The position numbers and the translations under genes were made by a program. DNA of 62,805 bases, the filler included, from Rhabdomonas costata (taxonomy: Eukaryota): assembly GCA_019059605.1 (NCBI GenBank). It is 28 parts of 28 records of this genome, joined end to end, with 100 filler letters (N's around TTAATTAATTAA, not from the genome) between each part and the next. Parts side by side here need not be neighbours in the genome. Positions count along the whole stretch, not along the records: positions 1 to 2,147 come from JAHMHO010005259.1; positions 2,248 to 4,396 come from JAHMHO010005260.1; positions 4,497 to 6,645 come from JAHMHO010005261.1; positions 6,746 to 8,894 come from JAHMHO010005262.1; positions 8,995 to 11,143 come from JAHMHO010005263.1; positions 11,244 to 13,392 come from JAHMHO010005264.1; 22 more parts are not named here. One strand, 5' to 3'. The notes under the pieces were generated by a model. The model ran no database searches, was not told the origin of the DNA, and was given only the letters and a program-made list of their open reading frames with translations. Shown here one piece after another: positions 1-11,339 of this stretch. Each line of letters opens with the position of its first letter. Within the stretch, counting starts at the first letter, position 1.

Positions 1-150
1 GTTGGTTTGTTTTGAGGCCCCGAGCCCTTGAACAGTCAGAAGCCCAATATACGGGACTTTCTGGTTTGGCTTTGGGTTTGTGAAGAACTTTTTCAGCCCT
101 GGAGAATTCTATTGCGCACCAGTCAAGGGGTTTGGTGGCATTGAGCGGCG

Positions 151-533
151 GTGGTGCCGTCCACCAAAACGATGCTGATCGAAAGTCTACTCACTCTCCA
201 CGTTGTGGCCCTTCCCCTCCCTCAGCTCGGTAACGTTCTACTGGGGAATATATATTCCAAAACGTTAACCCCACCTTCACTGCAACTGTTACTCTGGAAT
301 GATTCGGGCGGAGTAGCCCGAGCATTTCTCCACTTCTTTTTGTTCATTCCCGATCGGTTTTCAGTACAGTTTCAAAGCGCGGTTAGTCTTGAAGCACCGG
401 TTCCTATGACAGACAGAAGCCTAGTCCGATATGTTCAACGGGCCTTCTGCTAACTGAACCGGTTGGTGACGTTCTGTGGCTGTGGTGCCGTTCCAGTGAA
501 AAGGATACTAATGGAAAGTCTACCCAATCTCCA
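151..533 (+). repeat. Diverged direct repeat pair (~50 bp)
   Basis: gtggtgccgt...gaaagtctac..a.tctcca at 151-200 and again at 482-533. Confidence 0.6.
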
Positions 534-1025
534 ATGTGATGTACGCTGACAGGGCCTGTCGACCTCCAGGGCTCAGTCGCCTTTCATATGTCTACCAGAA
601 GGGGTGTGGTACTGTTCAAGGTTCAAGAGTGGGTGGGGGCTGCCCCCACATTCATATGTATATGTAAAGGGTATTTATATGTAAAGGGTAATTGAGGTAA
701 ATGGTTCCTGCTCGCAATCCTCCCCACTGTATTCATTACTCATAAAGGGAAGGGGTGGAGTGAGAAGGGAGGGGTGTGGGCTGAGGCTTAACAGAGGCGA
801 CGCCCCCTCCTGTGCGAAGTGGTCGGACCTCTGCTTACACGGGGTGCGTGAAGCCCCTTGTGAATTTTCACAAATATACAAAAGGCATAACTTCACTTGT
901 GTATCCAGGTATAGGTATGAGTACCCGGGGGAACCTGACCCCCCCTCCTGGCAATCACTCCCTAACCCTCTTAAACTAAATTAAACGAACTCCAGATCAG
1001 ACAAGAAGAGAAAAGCTCCCCAGAA

Positions 1026-1480
1026 TCACTGAAAGTAGCCGTCTCGGATGTGCTCACAAAGCTTCACAAAGGGGTCCGCACCACCAATATTACACCGCCA
1101 CTGGAACCCCTTCAGGTATCCCAAAACGTGATCAGTGTGGGAACCACCTTTGGAAGCCAGCCAAATCTTCAACTTTCCCCAGGTTCCATCAATGCCCTGG
1201 GTGCTCACAGTCCGCGTCTTGCCTCGGATATGCTCTTTTCGGGTCCATTCCCCATGACCATGGTCCACACAACTCAAATGGAGACCATGGGTCTTAGCCT
1301 GAAACAGCAGATACTATCTTCCGGCATGAGGTGGTAGAGCACCTCATAGCCTGCTTCCCCCGGTGAGAATAAGACTCCATGGCACCCACAAGAGGGACAT
1401 TCGCTGCAGGAAGCGGTAATCTTGTACTTCTCCATCCATTTTGTGCGTTTTCCATCATTTCCAACAATTTCCAACAGTCA
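1026..1480 (-). mobile_element. Decayed Merlin/IS1595(ISXO2)-type DDE transposase, C-terminal part
   Basis: ORF 1026..1277 reads VDHGHGEW...VSTQGIDGTWGKLKIWL..KGG..DHVLGYLKGFQWRCN...DPFVKLCEHI. This matches the ISXO2/Merlin VNH...HTNxIExxWxxxK...HLxxYLxEFxWRxN...DxF pattern. The upstream part is frameshifted. Confidence 0.65.
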
Positions 1481-1934
1481 TATAAAGGCAACATCCCGAA
1501 AAAGAAATCTGGATACACAAGTGAAGTTAAGCCATATAAAATATTGCATAGTATGAATACTTGAATATTTTCACCAAGTTTGAAAATCACGGCAGCAATA
1601 TCAGTGCAGACAAAGGCACAGTGCTGGTGATACACAGTGGCACTAATACACATGAGGAGCAAAAAAAAGGATGGGAAGTGTGTGTGTGTGGGGGGGGAAG
1701 CAGCGAATAGAGTCGGGCCACACGAACTGAATTTCTTTCATTTTTCGAGCGAAATTTCCTGAGAGATTTTGGTAAATGTCTCTTTTGGCGAAGCGGGAGT
1801 CAATCCCCCTCTTCTTCTCTGCTCAGCCCCCCGGAGGTTTATTTCAATCTATAGATTAATAATTGTTCAGCAAGGAAAGGAATCTTTGTTGCGCTTCATT
1901 ACTTTCCTGACAACTCAGCATGCCTTCTGCATAG

Positions 1935-2099
1935 GTGCTTCTGCAGCTGATACGGCGAATGAGACGATCAAGTTCAGGTTCAAGTTTAGGAATGAGGAGT
2001 ACGACCACCTTGGCCGTACCATGACCCTACCCTACGGGCTGGTGTGGCGGGTTAGTGTGGTGATCTCCCTGACTCAGCTCTTCGCGGACATCAACGCCG
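1935..2099 (+). CDS. Exon: C-terminal end of a Cache-like extracellular sensor domain (partial)
   Basis: tag| acceptor at 1934. Translation ...YDHLGRTMTLPYGLVWRVSVVISLTQLFADIN resembles the dCache terminal strand and helix (GLxWxVxVVIP...F..I). Truncated by a fold-back artefact. Confidence 0.5.
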
Positions 2100-2247
2100 C
2101 GGCGTTGATGTCCGCGAAGAGCTGAGTCAGGGAGATCACCCCAACACNNNNNNNNNNNNNNNNNNNNNNNNNNNNNNNNNNNNNNNNNNNNTTAATTAAT
2201 TAANNNNNNNNNNNNNNNNNNNNNNNNNNNNNNNNNNNNNNNNNNNN

Positions 2248-4396
2248 TGTTGGGTGTACTTCTTCTCGCTGAGCATGGCCCAGCTGGAGACGGTTGTGTT
2301 TCTCCATTGCACCTGTTCTGCTTGTTTACTTGTTGGCTCCTTTTGGCCACCATTCTCGGCCCCTTCCCCTCATGAGGATCTTTTTAGTGCTGGCCTTAGC
2401 TTCCGTTCTTTGCAAAGAACGCTGCAAGATTGGACAGAGACTATATTAGGTGATCATTTCACATTCCCTTTTTGGCTTTTGAGACCTTTGAAATTCCGAG
2501 GTGGAAAACAATGCCGTCGTGCTTGGGTCATTTTGGTTTTGCTGTATGGCGTTTAGCGTATCATTACTGAGATATCTGTGGGTTCTCTTTGGGTGTCGTT
2601 TTCCTGCTGCTTCTCCATTTACAGTGCTAATCATACCTGCCTGTACCTACGTGCATTCTCTTTGTCGCTCATCTCTTTTGTATAGTGGACGCTTGAGCTG
2701 CTTCCCAACCTCTCCTCATAAGTGAGTGGATCGAAAAGCTCAACACGTTTGGTAGCTTTTGCGTTCTCTCAAATTGCCAGACTCACCGTGTGCTAAGCTC
2801 TGTATTCTTTTGTTTTTGCAAGCATGGTGGTGCTGTTTTGGCCGCAGGAGAAGGGTCTGGAGACTTCCGCCACCATTGTCGCCAAGTTCCTGAGCCAAGT
2901 GGGCTACGGCCTGGACTCGGCCACCACCACGGCCTCCTTCCTCTCCGCCGTGCGGTCCTCAGGCACGATCATCGACACTCTCTTCCTGCAAAGCAATGAG
3001 CTCACCATGGCCCACACCGCGGGCACCCTGGCCACGATGCTGGACTACCTCTGGGCGGAGGGTCTGCACAGCACTGTGGTGGACGCGGTGAACCACCTGA
3101 ACGGCTTTGTATTGGGCGAGGGCTGGGAGATTGTGCTTGCCCGCCTTGTGCCCAACACCACCCAGATAGAGTACCTGTCGACGCTGAGGTACCCGAAGGC
3201 AGCGGTGGTCAACCCCATGGCTGGGATTCCGATGCGCCGGGCGCTGAACGGGATGTCTGGGTCTGTACAGGGCCCTGACTACGCCTCGATCCCAGTGATT
3301 GCGGGGCACAGCCCGCTGCCTGTGTCCCAGCTTGGGCTGGTGTACAAGTGTCAGCTTTCCGTTCTCCAGAAGAGCTTCATCGCGCAGGTTGCTTCGGCGA
3401 TTGACTCCTGGAATGCTGTTGCCCCGGGCTCCCTTGAGATGCTGCTGCTTACCAATGTCCACGGGGCGGCTCAGTATGCTACGAAGCTTTCAGCAGATTT
3501 ATCTGCACAATGCATCGGTTCATGCGACTTGTCCGCCATGAACTTCGCCCTTCGAGCGTCGCAGGGCACCTACACCGGGCCAGACTACCGTGGCGTGACT
3601 GTGCTGGCGGCATACACGTATTTGCCAAACATGAACGCCACGTTGCTGCTGAACGTTGACCTTTCGGATGTTGAGGCGACACTTCTTCAGCGGATCGGGT
3701 CGGCAGTGTCTGCGACGAATATGAAGCTTCCCGGCACGAAGGAGGTTTTCGTGAGCCACAAGGTGGTGACCAACGGCACTGCAGGCGTTGAATTTCTCAG
3801 TGATTTGCGGTATGCATCGCAGTGTGGTGCCTCAGGATGCCGAGCAGCCACTGCGACGAGGAAGTCAGCGATTGACTGCGAGCATGGGTACGCGATTCAG
3901 CAAGACTACCGCAGCAAGATTACCTTCGCTGGCTATGCTTGCATTCCGGAGATTGAGTGCGGTTTGTTTTATCCCTGAACTTCGGTCTGAATTTTTTATG
4001 GCGTGTGGTGTGATCGCAACCCCACGTTGGTCGTCTTTTCTCAGGGGTTGTGATGAAGTATGACAGTGAAGAAGTTGCACAGAAATGCCAGGACTTCTGC
4101 GTGGAGTATGCAAATTCCCTCAATGAGAATTCCAGCAGCAGCCTGCAGCTTGAGCTTGGGAAGCCCCACAATCTCAGCCTTTCCGCATCTGTTCAGGTGT
4201 GCCACAAACACTCCGCTTACACTTTTGTAGGAAGAAAGCGGTATCTCGGCTTTTCAACTGTGATGTACTCGCTGCCCACTCACAATGGTGTTCGTTTTGC
4301 AGAGGTACGCGGACATCCAAATGCTGACCCGGCCGAGGGAGGTGTGCGCCAGCAGCGGGTGCTGGCCGAACTCCACGACGGGGCCGATGGTGGAGG
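2248..4396 (+). CDS. Receptor-like protein with tandem Cache-like repeats (partial, 4 exons)
   Basis: Exons 2248-2292, 2848-3961, 4045-4196 and 4303-4396 join in frame via GT-AG. Repeated motif DY(R)xxxVxAxY...GLVxKxD with the Asp at 3277, 3583 and 3904. Confidence 0.8.
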
Positions 4397-4639
4397 NNNN
4401 NNNNNNNNNNNNNNNNNNNNNNNNNNNNNNNNNNNNNNNNTTAATTAATTAANNNNNNNNNNNNNNNNNNNNNNNNNNNNNNNNNNNNNNNNNNNNGGGT
4501 TTTGGGGTCCCGACACAGAAAAGTGGGGAGCTGTCACCTCAGAAACGAGTAATAACCGGAAACGAAGATTAAGGGAAGGGGAGGTTGCACAAAGATCGTC
4601 GAAAATCAGAAAATCAGGCAGGAGAGGGGCCCAGGGTGT

Positions 4640-5549
4640 GTGCCCAGCGTTGGGCAGAGCACTGGCCCATGTGACAGCACGAGACTCTTTTGCGACGGCC
4701 CGTGACGGGCGAAGACAAATCCTTTGAGGCCCACTATCTGAAAGTGGTCAAGAGAAGGCTTTGGACATTCAGCTGAAATTCCCACGACCCTCCGGACCAA
4801 CCTTGTTTTCACCACACACAAACGGATTACGGTTGTATGGATATTGGCTGCAGTGCAGCAGAAAGAATAATATGATCACCACTGCGCTCGAGCGGCGCCT
4901 TCTGTGACCGAGTCCATCGACGGCTTTCTCCCGGAGACGAACCCAAGCTCCCTGAGAAGGGCCTGAAGCATGGCCAGCCTTGCCCATGGAGATGCCCTTC
5001 GAGTGCGAAGGACCGCCTCAAGGGCGAGAAGAAGCGGCAGCCAAAGGCCCGAGCTCAGGGGCTGCAGCCACAACAACAACAAACGGAAAGAAGGGGTGAG
5101 AAGGCACTGGAGACTTGAGCGGGGTGGGTGGAGGTTCCGGTTTCGGCTGTCGTAGTAAATGACGTGAGAGTTGGGGCGGACAGCTGCCGGGGAAGTGAAA
5201 AGGATGCAGTGAACGAAGGCCAACGTCCCGCAGGAGCTTGGAGCTTGGCGCGCAGTGCTTTGCTGTTTCCCGTCGTCCCAGCCTCTGCTTGCAGAAGAGA
5301 TGCAGTAATTTGAACGAATATTTCGCAGGTTGCAGATCTGGTGATTCTGTGCCTTCTTGTTTCTTGAGCTGGCAATGTTTTTGCCTTCACGTCGAGAACA
5401 TGAAAAGGAGAGAGAACCCCCCCCCCTCCCCCAAAGAAAGGGGAGCAAATAGAATTAAACACCCGCGTTTCCAGCTCCCGAAGCGCGAGAAGAGCAACGT
5501 CGGCGTCCTGCTCCCCACGAAGGGGCTGCAGCTGGTGTAGCAGCACACG
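4640..5549 (-). CDS. Spliced hypothetical protein (partial)
   Basis: Exons 5549-5463, 5061-4880, 4847-4802 and 4737-~4640 join in frame via GT-AG sites. No family recognised. Confidence 0.45.
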
Positions 5550-7761
5550 CTGTGAAGTGAGCACACGTCTGCGCGCGTGTGCAACGCATGGGTTCCTCCT
5601 ACCCAAAGCTGGGAACGAGGTGCTTTCACTGATATCACGACAGAGTTCTGGGCTCTTGATTCGGTATCCAAATGCTATTTCATGGTTCCACGGCCCCAAG
5701 GTGCTTGCAAATTGTCCAACGTTCAAAACCCTTAAACTTGCAGCCGCCCCTCCCCCAATACAACAGCCCCGAAATTTAAGGAACAGATGGATTCCTCCCC
5801 TACGTTTTTCCTTCATGTGCGAAGTACACACTTGGGCTTCTCCCAGGGAGTCTTGCCCCGGCTTCTGCTCGGCGCAAAGGACAAAATCTTTAGACATTCT
5901 TTGCGACTAAAGAGGAGCATCCAACCAGAAGACGGATGATTACATGCTCTCGCATGGGTGCAGACGCTTTAAAAAAAGCCGACTCACAATCCGACTTGTG
6001 GGCACAACCCTTTCTTGCGCATGGACTGGAGCTGAACTTAGAAACCGCTTCGGTGCAAACCTTCAACTCAGACGTTGGTTAGCTTGATGAGAACACTCGT
6101 CAATTGAGTTGGTTGGCATCCTTAGCTCAGTCCCAATCTCACTCATTGATCCGCTAGAGGAATGCAAAGTTTCGGAGAAGGGACTTTCATAACGTTCCCA
6201 TCTTCCGGTTTTTTTTTGGGGACCTTTTGTGGGCAACGCGCTCTCTGAACTTTGGATGGGTATGCAAAGCATTTCCATGGAAGAGCCCCGGAGCAAAATT
6301 TACGGATCGGAGCGGGCTGTGGGATGTGAAAACGTGAATTTCCATAATTTTGACAATTAACAACATTCACTACACGCACGTTCTCGATGCATGCTGGCAT
6401 GGCGTCATGAGCAGTCCTTAAAGACTATCATGCACTGCCTTGTCCTTCCCAAACAACCATGTATTCTAGCAGTCGGGGTAACAGGTGCGTTCGGAAGATA
6501 GGCAACAAATGAGCTCTGGCATCGCGTTTCACAACTGCGTGTTTGCATGTTTGCGGCAAGAGTGAAGGATACTTTACATTTCCAGAAGTAGAAATGGAGA
6601 ACTGAGTTGTGACAACAGCCCAAGGGTGACTGTCCCCCCACACCCNNNNNNNNNNNNNNNNNNNNNNNNNNNNNNNNNNNNNNNNNNNNTTAATTAATTA
6701 ANNNNNNNNNNNNNNNNNNNNNNNNNNNNNNNNNNNNNNNNNNNNGTGTGTGGTGCAAGAACATACGTTTTTGGTTCCTCTTGCCCAGCGGGAAAACGGA
6801 CGTTTCCGAAGGAAACCACTCATATTGAATTATATCGCTTCTAGAAAAAGTTCGTTACACTAAAAGGCGACCAGGCGATGCAGGTGAACAGCCAAGAACA
6901 AGACAGCCGAATCTCCAACACCACAAAAAAATCGAACAGCAGTGTGAGGTGGGAATCCGTGTGGAAGCATCAGGATATGCGCGAAAGACAGCGTCAAGGA
7001 CATTGCCGTGAATAATTTGCAGCGCGAAGAAAGAGTGTGGCGACCATGGCACTGAACTCCATGGAGAATAAGAGTCGCCAAACTCCGAAGACTGTTCTCT
7101 CCACGCACGAGCAGACCACCTTAAAACAGCTTCAGAAAGAGAGCACAGATGGAAAGATGCTCAGGAATCATTCTACGAACAGGTAGCACCAGATACGCAA
7201 CTGAAAAGAAAAGGTCGAACCGTCAACTAGACGGCGACCACGAAAAGAAGGTGAACGGCAAGAGATCGAATGGATCTCAATTTCTTGCACGCACAAAACG
7301 CAGCGTGTGGAGAAGGATGGGGAGCCAAACCAACCTGCACCACAACAAAGAAAGGCACATCGCCCCACCATGGCACAAGACTACAGAGATAGTGGACAAA
7401 ACGTCCTAACCTAAGACGTCCTAACTTGCACGTATATACACCGCACATGTCGTCAGACAGTCAATGCGGACGAAGAGCATTTCAATGAAACATAATCCAA
7501 AACCGTGCGCTAAGTACTGGAAATCAAAAGGGATAACTAAAAGGCAACATCATTTCTGTACAAAAAAAGTAATGTAAACCAAAGAAGCTCACCGTGAATG
7601 AAAAGGACTGGCAATTCCGTACAATAAAAGCAATTTTGAGCAGCAAAAAGTACCTGGCACAACAAACACGACCTCCCAGCTACCAAAGCCACAAACCGCT
7701 ACGGAGACAAAATACAAACACTTCGACAAAACCTGGGCGTTACGACAAGCAAGAACACTAC

Positions 7762-8291
7762 CGCATCATGATGTCCATCAGGATCGCGCTGAACACAAAC
7801 GCCGCCGCCTCGATCTCCGCCAGTGCTTCCAGCCCGTTCCCAGCCCCCACAACCTCCGTGATCCCCATCTGCTGCAGCTTCAGCTGGATCACTCGCCGGT
7901 TCATCGGAACGTCGTCCACCACAAGCACCTTCGCCGAGGTGAAAGCCGCGGGAACTGCCAAAGGAGCGCAGCTTTGTCGTGAGGAACCGTGCCTTGGGGT
8001 GCCTGCATCGGACATCGCGCTCAGCCCCTGGTGCAGCTTGGGCAGCGTCAGCGGAAGCCTTACCGAGGGCGATGGCACCTCCCACCCGCTCACCTTCACA
8101 GGGCTGACAAACAGCGCCCGAAATAGAACCGTTTCCTGGGCCTTCTGCACCGCGGACAGAATCTGTTCGGCCTCAGACGGACCCTTGGGAAGGAACACGA
8201 CCACAATGTTGGTGGATGTCGAAGAGTGGTCCGGAAAGTCCTGCGGGATGTGCTGCACGTTCTCCGCGGCTTCGAAGCCGACATTCAGCAC
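7762..8291 (-). CDS. Exon of a hybrid histidine-kinase-type protein: degenerate receiver followed by a canonical receiver (REC) domain
   Basis: KVLVVDDVPMNRRVIQLKLQQMG...AGNGLEALAE....FSAILMDIMM with acidic pair and phospho-Asp. Bounded by ttccag| and |GTAGTG. Confidence 0.85.
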
Positions 8292-11200
8292 CTGGAAGCC
8301 GGAAAAAAATTCGTTAAGGGAAAGGGACACCACAAGGACATCAAACATCACACAGGTGTCTCAGAAAGGACGCCCCAAAAAAAGGTATGAATGATATTCG
8401 GTAAATCCTGTGATACGAGGGTGGGAATCAGTCGGCTTGCGGGTGGCTTTAAATTTCTCAGCCTGGAGGGTGAGGGGACTGCGTTTTCGCCCAGTGAACT
8501 GCCTTGGTTCCAGTCCATTCCGCGGGGAAAAATCCACCGAAAAGAACAACAAAAAGGAAAAACTTCGCACAACCTGCAAGGAATACACGCGTCGTTTCTG
8601 TCCCTCCTGACTAGAACATATATACGGTAAGTGACAGAGTGAGAGAGCTTGAGAGCTACACACACACACACACACACACACTTTAGCACAGTAATGTCGG
8701 AGGTACAGCACATAGCGTTAGCAGCAGTCCGCGCCAGACGTTGTTTACACCCATAGAACAAGGAGTGTCTGTTGCCGACACGATGTATTCCTCCATATAG
8801 GGACTTCAGCCTCAAACCACTCTCACCGTTCCCCAATGCTCGCCTAGCGCTTGAGAAAAAAAACGGCACGAGCACAGCCCGTCCTTTCACACAANNNNNN
8901 NNNNNNNNNNNNNNNNNNNNNNNNNNNNNNNNNNNNNNTTAATTAATTAANNNNNNNNNNNNNNNNNNNNNNNNNNNNNNNNNNNNNNNNNNNNGTGGTT
9001 GGCACCGGCACCGGCACCAACCCTCTGCGGACCTCTACAGCCAGCTCGGTAGCCCCCACGCTGCCGCAAAGCGGGGGCAGATCTCCCGGCCTTTCTCTGC
9101 AGCGTGGAACAGCCCTGAGGTTCAGGGCCTCCCACACGCGAAGTCAAAAGGGGCGGCAGCGCGTGCGGCAAGCTCCTGAGGTGCTCGCCTCGCGGGCGGG
9201 TGCGCTAGGTTCAGGGGAATTCACCCCCATTTGAAGCCGTAAGGTTGCCTTCGCCTGGCCTGTGGTCTTGTTTTTCGACTGGTGTGTATCTCCAGCAGGA
9301 CCACAGCAGTCTGTGAGGGTGTGAACTGTGCTTTTCGCTTCATATTTTTCCGATCAAAAGCGTGCGTGCTTGGTGATTTCGTTTGTTTACGGATGTCTGC
9401 GGTTACTTTTTACTGTCCTTGTGCTGTCGGAGCCAGTCAGTCATCTGAGTTCTGTCATTTATCTGAGGCTCACCAGTATTTTTTTTTGTGATCAGTATAG
9501 TTTGAGCCTGTCTTGGCGGTTTGCGTCGCTGTCTGTTGCACTCCCTAGCCGTGCCGTTCTGTCTCCCAAGGTGCATCTGACTTTTTAGTTTACGATGGGC
9601 TGCTCTCCTGGTTTGCGCTGGGGCGTCTTCAGCACCTGTGCTTCCATTAGCATGAACCTTTCACCTTGGGGATAGGGCACCTCATCACCTCATGTGTTCT
9701 TTCGCGCCTCCTCGGTGTCTTTTCTGATGGCCGCTTTTACCTCTTGCGAGTCTCATTTGTTGATGCTCCCCGTGTGCTCTTTTTAGCACGGCCTTGGGTT
9801 TGTCTTCTGCTTATCTAGTATCCAACAGCTTGTTGCTGGTCGTTAGTCTTGGCTTGCCGTCTCATTGTTTCGTGTTAGCTGCGCTTAGATTCTTGAGATC
9901 TGCTTGGAATATCCAGAGAACCTCAACAGCCGCCAATGGTTGTACACGAGGTTGTGCTTTCATCGTGTTCAGTGATACAATACGGTGATGCGATCTCCAA
10001 GGTTCGGGGGTGGGAGAAGACGGTCACTGTTGTTGCTGTGGTCAATCGAATGCACCCTCGTCCTCTTTCGGTCCTCTCTACGTACTTCACTTTTTTCGGC
10101 GGTCGACTGACTCATCTGACCGGCGGTGGTGGTTTGCAGCCCCCACCCCCACCACCGTCATACGCACGCCTCCTACTTTCCTTTTTCTCTATAAAGTCAT
10201 GGCCGGCGTGTTCACCGCTTTTTTCTTTGGTGGCCGATGCACTTCGACCATTCACAGTTCTGCTGCTATGAGGTCCCAGCTCTTTCCAAATGTTCATGCA
10301 GTTACGTGATATTCGTGTATTTTCTCTACCCCCAACCCGATCTTTCTGTTTCTAGTGTCCCTGAAGTTCCTCCCTTGCAGCTAGAACACTCAATACGTTT
10401 GGTTTTGCCGGCCTGCGTAATTCGAATTGATTCTAGTTGAGTCCTCAGGATACTGGCCTCTATACGAAGGAAGTTGGGGATGGGGATTGGCATTGCTTCC
10501 TGTTTCTAGGTCCTTCCTGTTTTTTTTCCCGATTACCTTTGCTCCCTGCTGAGTCTCTTCCCCACCTCCTGCACTCTTGCACTGCGCTGACTCCTTTGAC
10601 CCCTGTGAGTCGTGTTTTTTTACAATGGATTTACGGCAAATCACGTTTTGCGAAATTTTGTTTTCTTTAATATGGCCTGTCTAAACTCAGAACTTCCCAA
10701 AGATCTTGGCAGGGAGTTTACCATTTGAGGAATATCGCAGCGCCAGTGTTAGGGATTGGGATATACCCTCAAGGTAACATGGTGCGCTGCATTTGACGGT
10801 GCCTGACCAATAAGGGTGTGGTGAATGGGTACGCGCCAAAAAAAACTGTCACATGGGTGCTCATCGTGACGCCTCGTGTTTTCGGAAAGGGCGACATGGT
10901 TTGGGGTGTGTTAGTGTGGGTGTCTTTGGGTGGGACTCTCTTGGGGTCTAAATTCCCACATGCAAAGGTAATTACCATGTTGCCTGCAGTTGGAAAAGGG
11001 AGCAGATGGTTTCGGTGGAGTGCTGTGTAGTCCAAGTGAAAGGCTGTAGTATGGCGAGGAAATGGAATTGCTTCGTGTGAGATGGCATGTCAGACTGTGC
11101 GACGTGGGTTGGGCCACACGCTCCAACACATCCACCAACCACCNNNNNNNNNNNNNNNNNNNNNNNNNNNNNNNNNNNNNNNNNNNNTTAATTAATTAAN

Positions 11201-11339
11201 NNNNNNNNNNNNNNNNNNNNNNNNNNNNNNNNNNNNNNNNNNNCTTTGGCCCATCAGTGAAACATGTAGATCGCTTTCTGGGCTCCATCTGACCCCTGCG
11301 TGAAGCCCAGTCTATTAACGGGGAGAAAGTCCGCAAAGT

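Noticed and set aside
2059..2140. Perfect 82-bp palindrome
   Set aside because: It lies at a contig end, interrupts an exon and ends in a primer-like tail. Best explained as an amplification fold-back artefact.
2148..2247. TTAATTAATTAA recurring every ~2.25 kb as a CRISPR-like or regulatory repeat
   Set aside because: It is a synthetic six-frame stop linker embedded in N runs.
10740..11143. Possible LINE relic on the minus strand (LDY..., GAAI)
   Set aside because: The motifs are too short and degenerate to support without a profile search.
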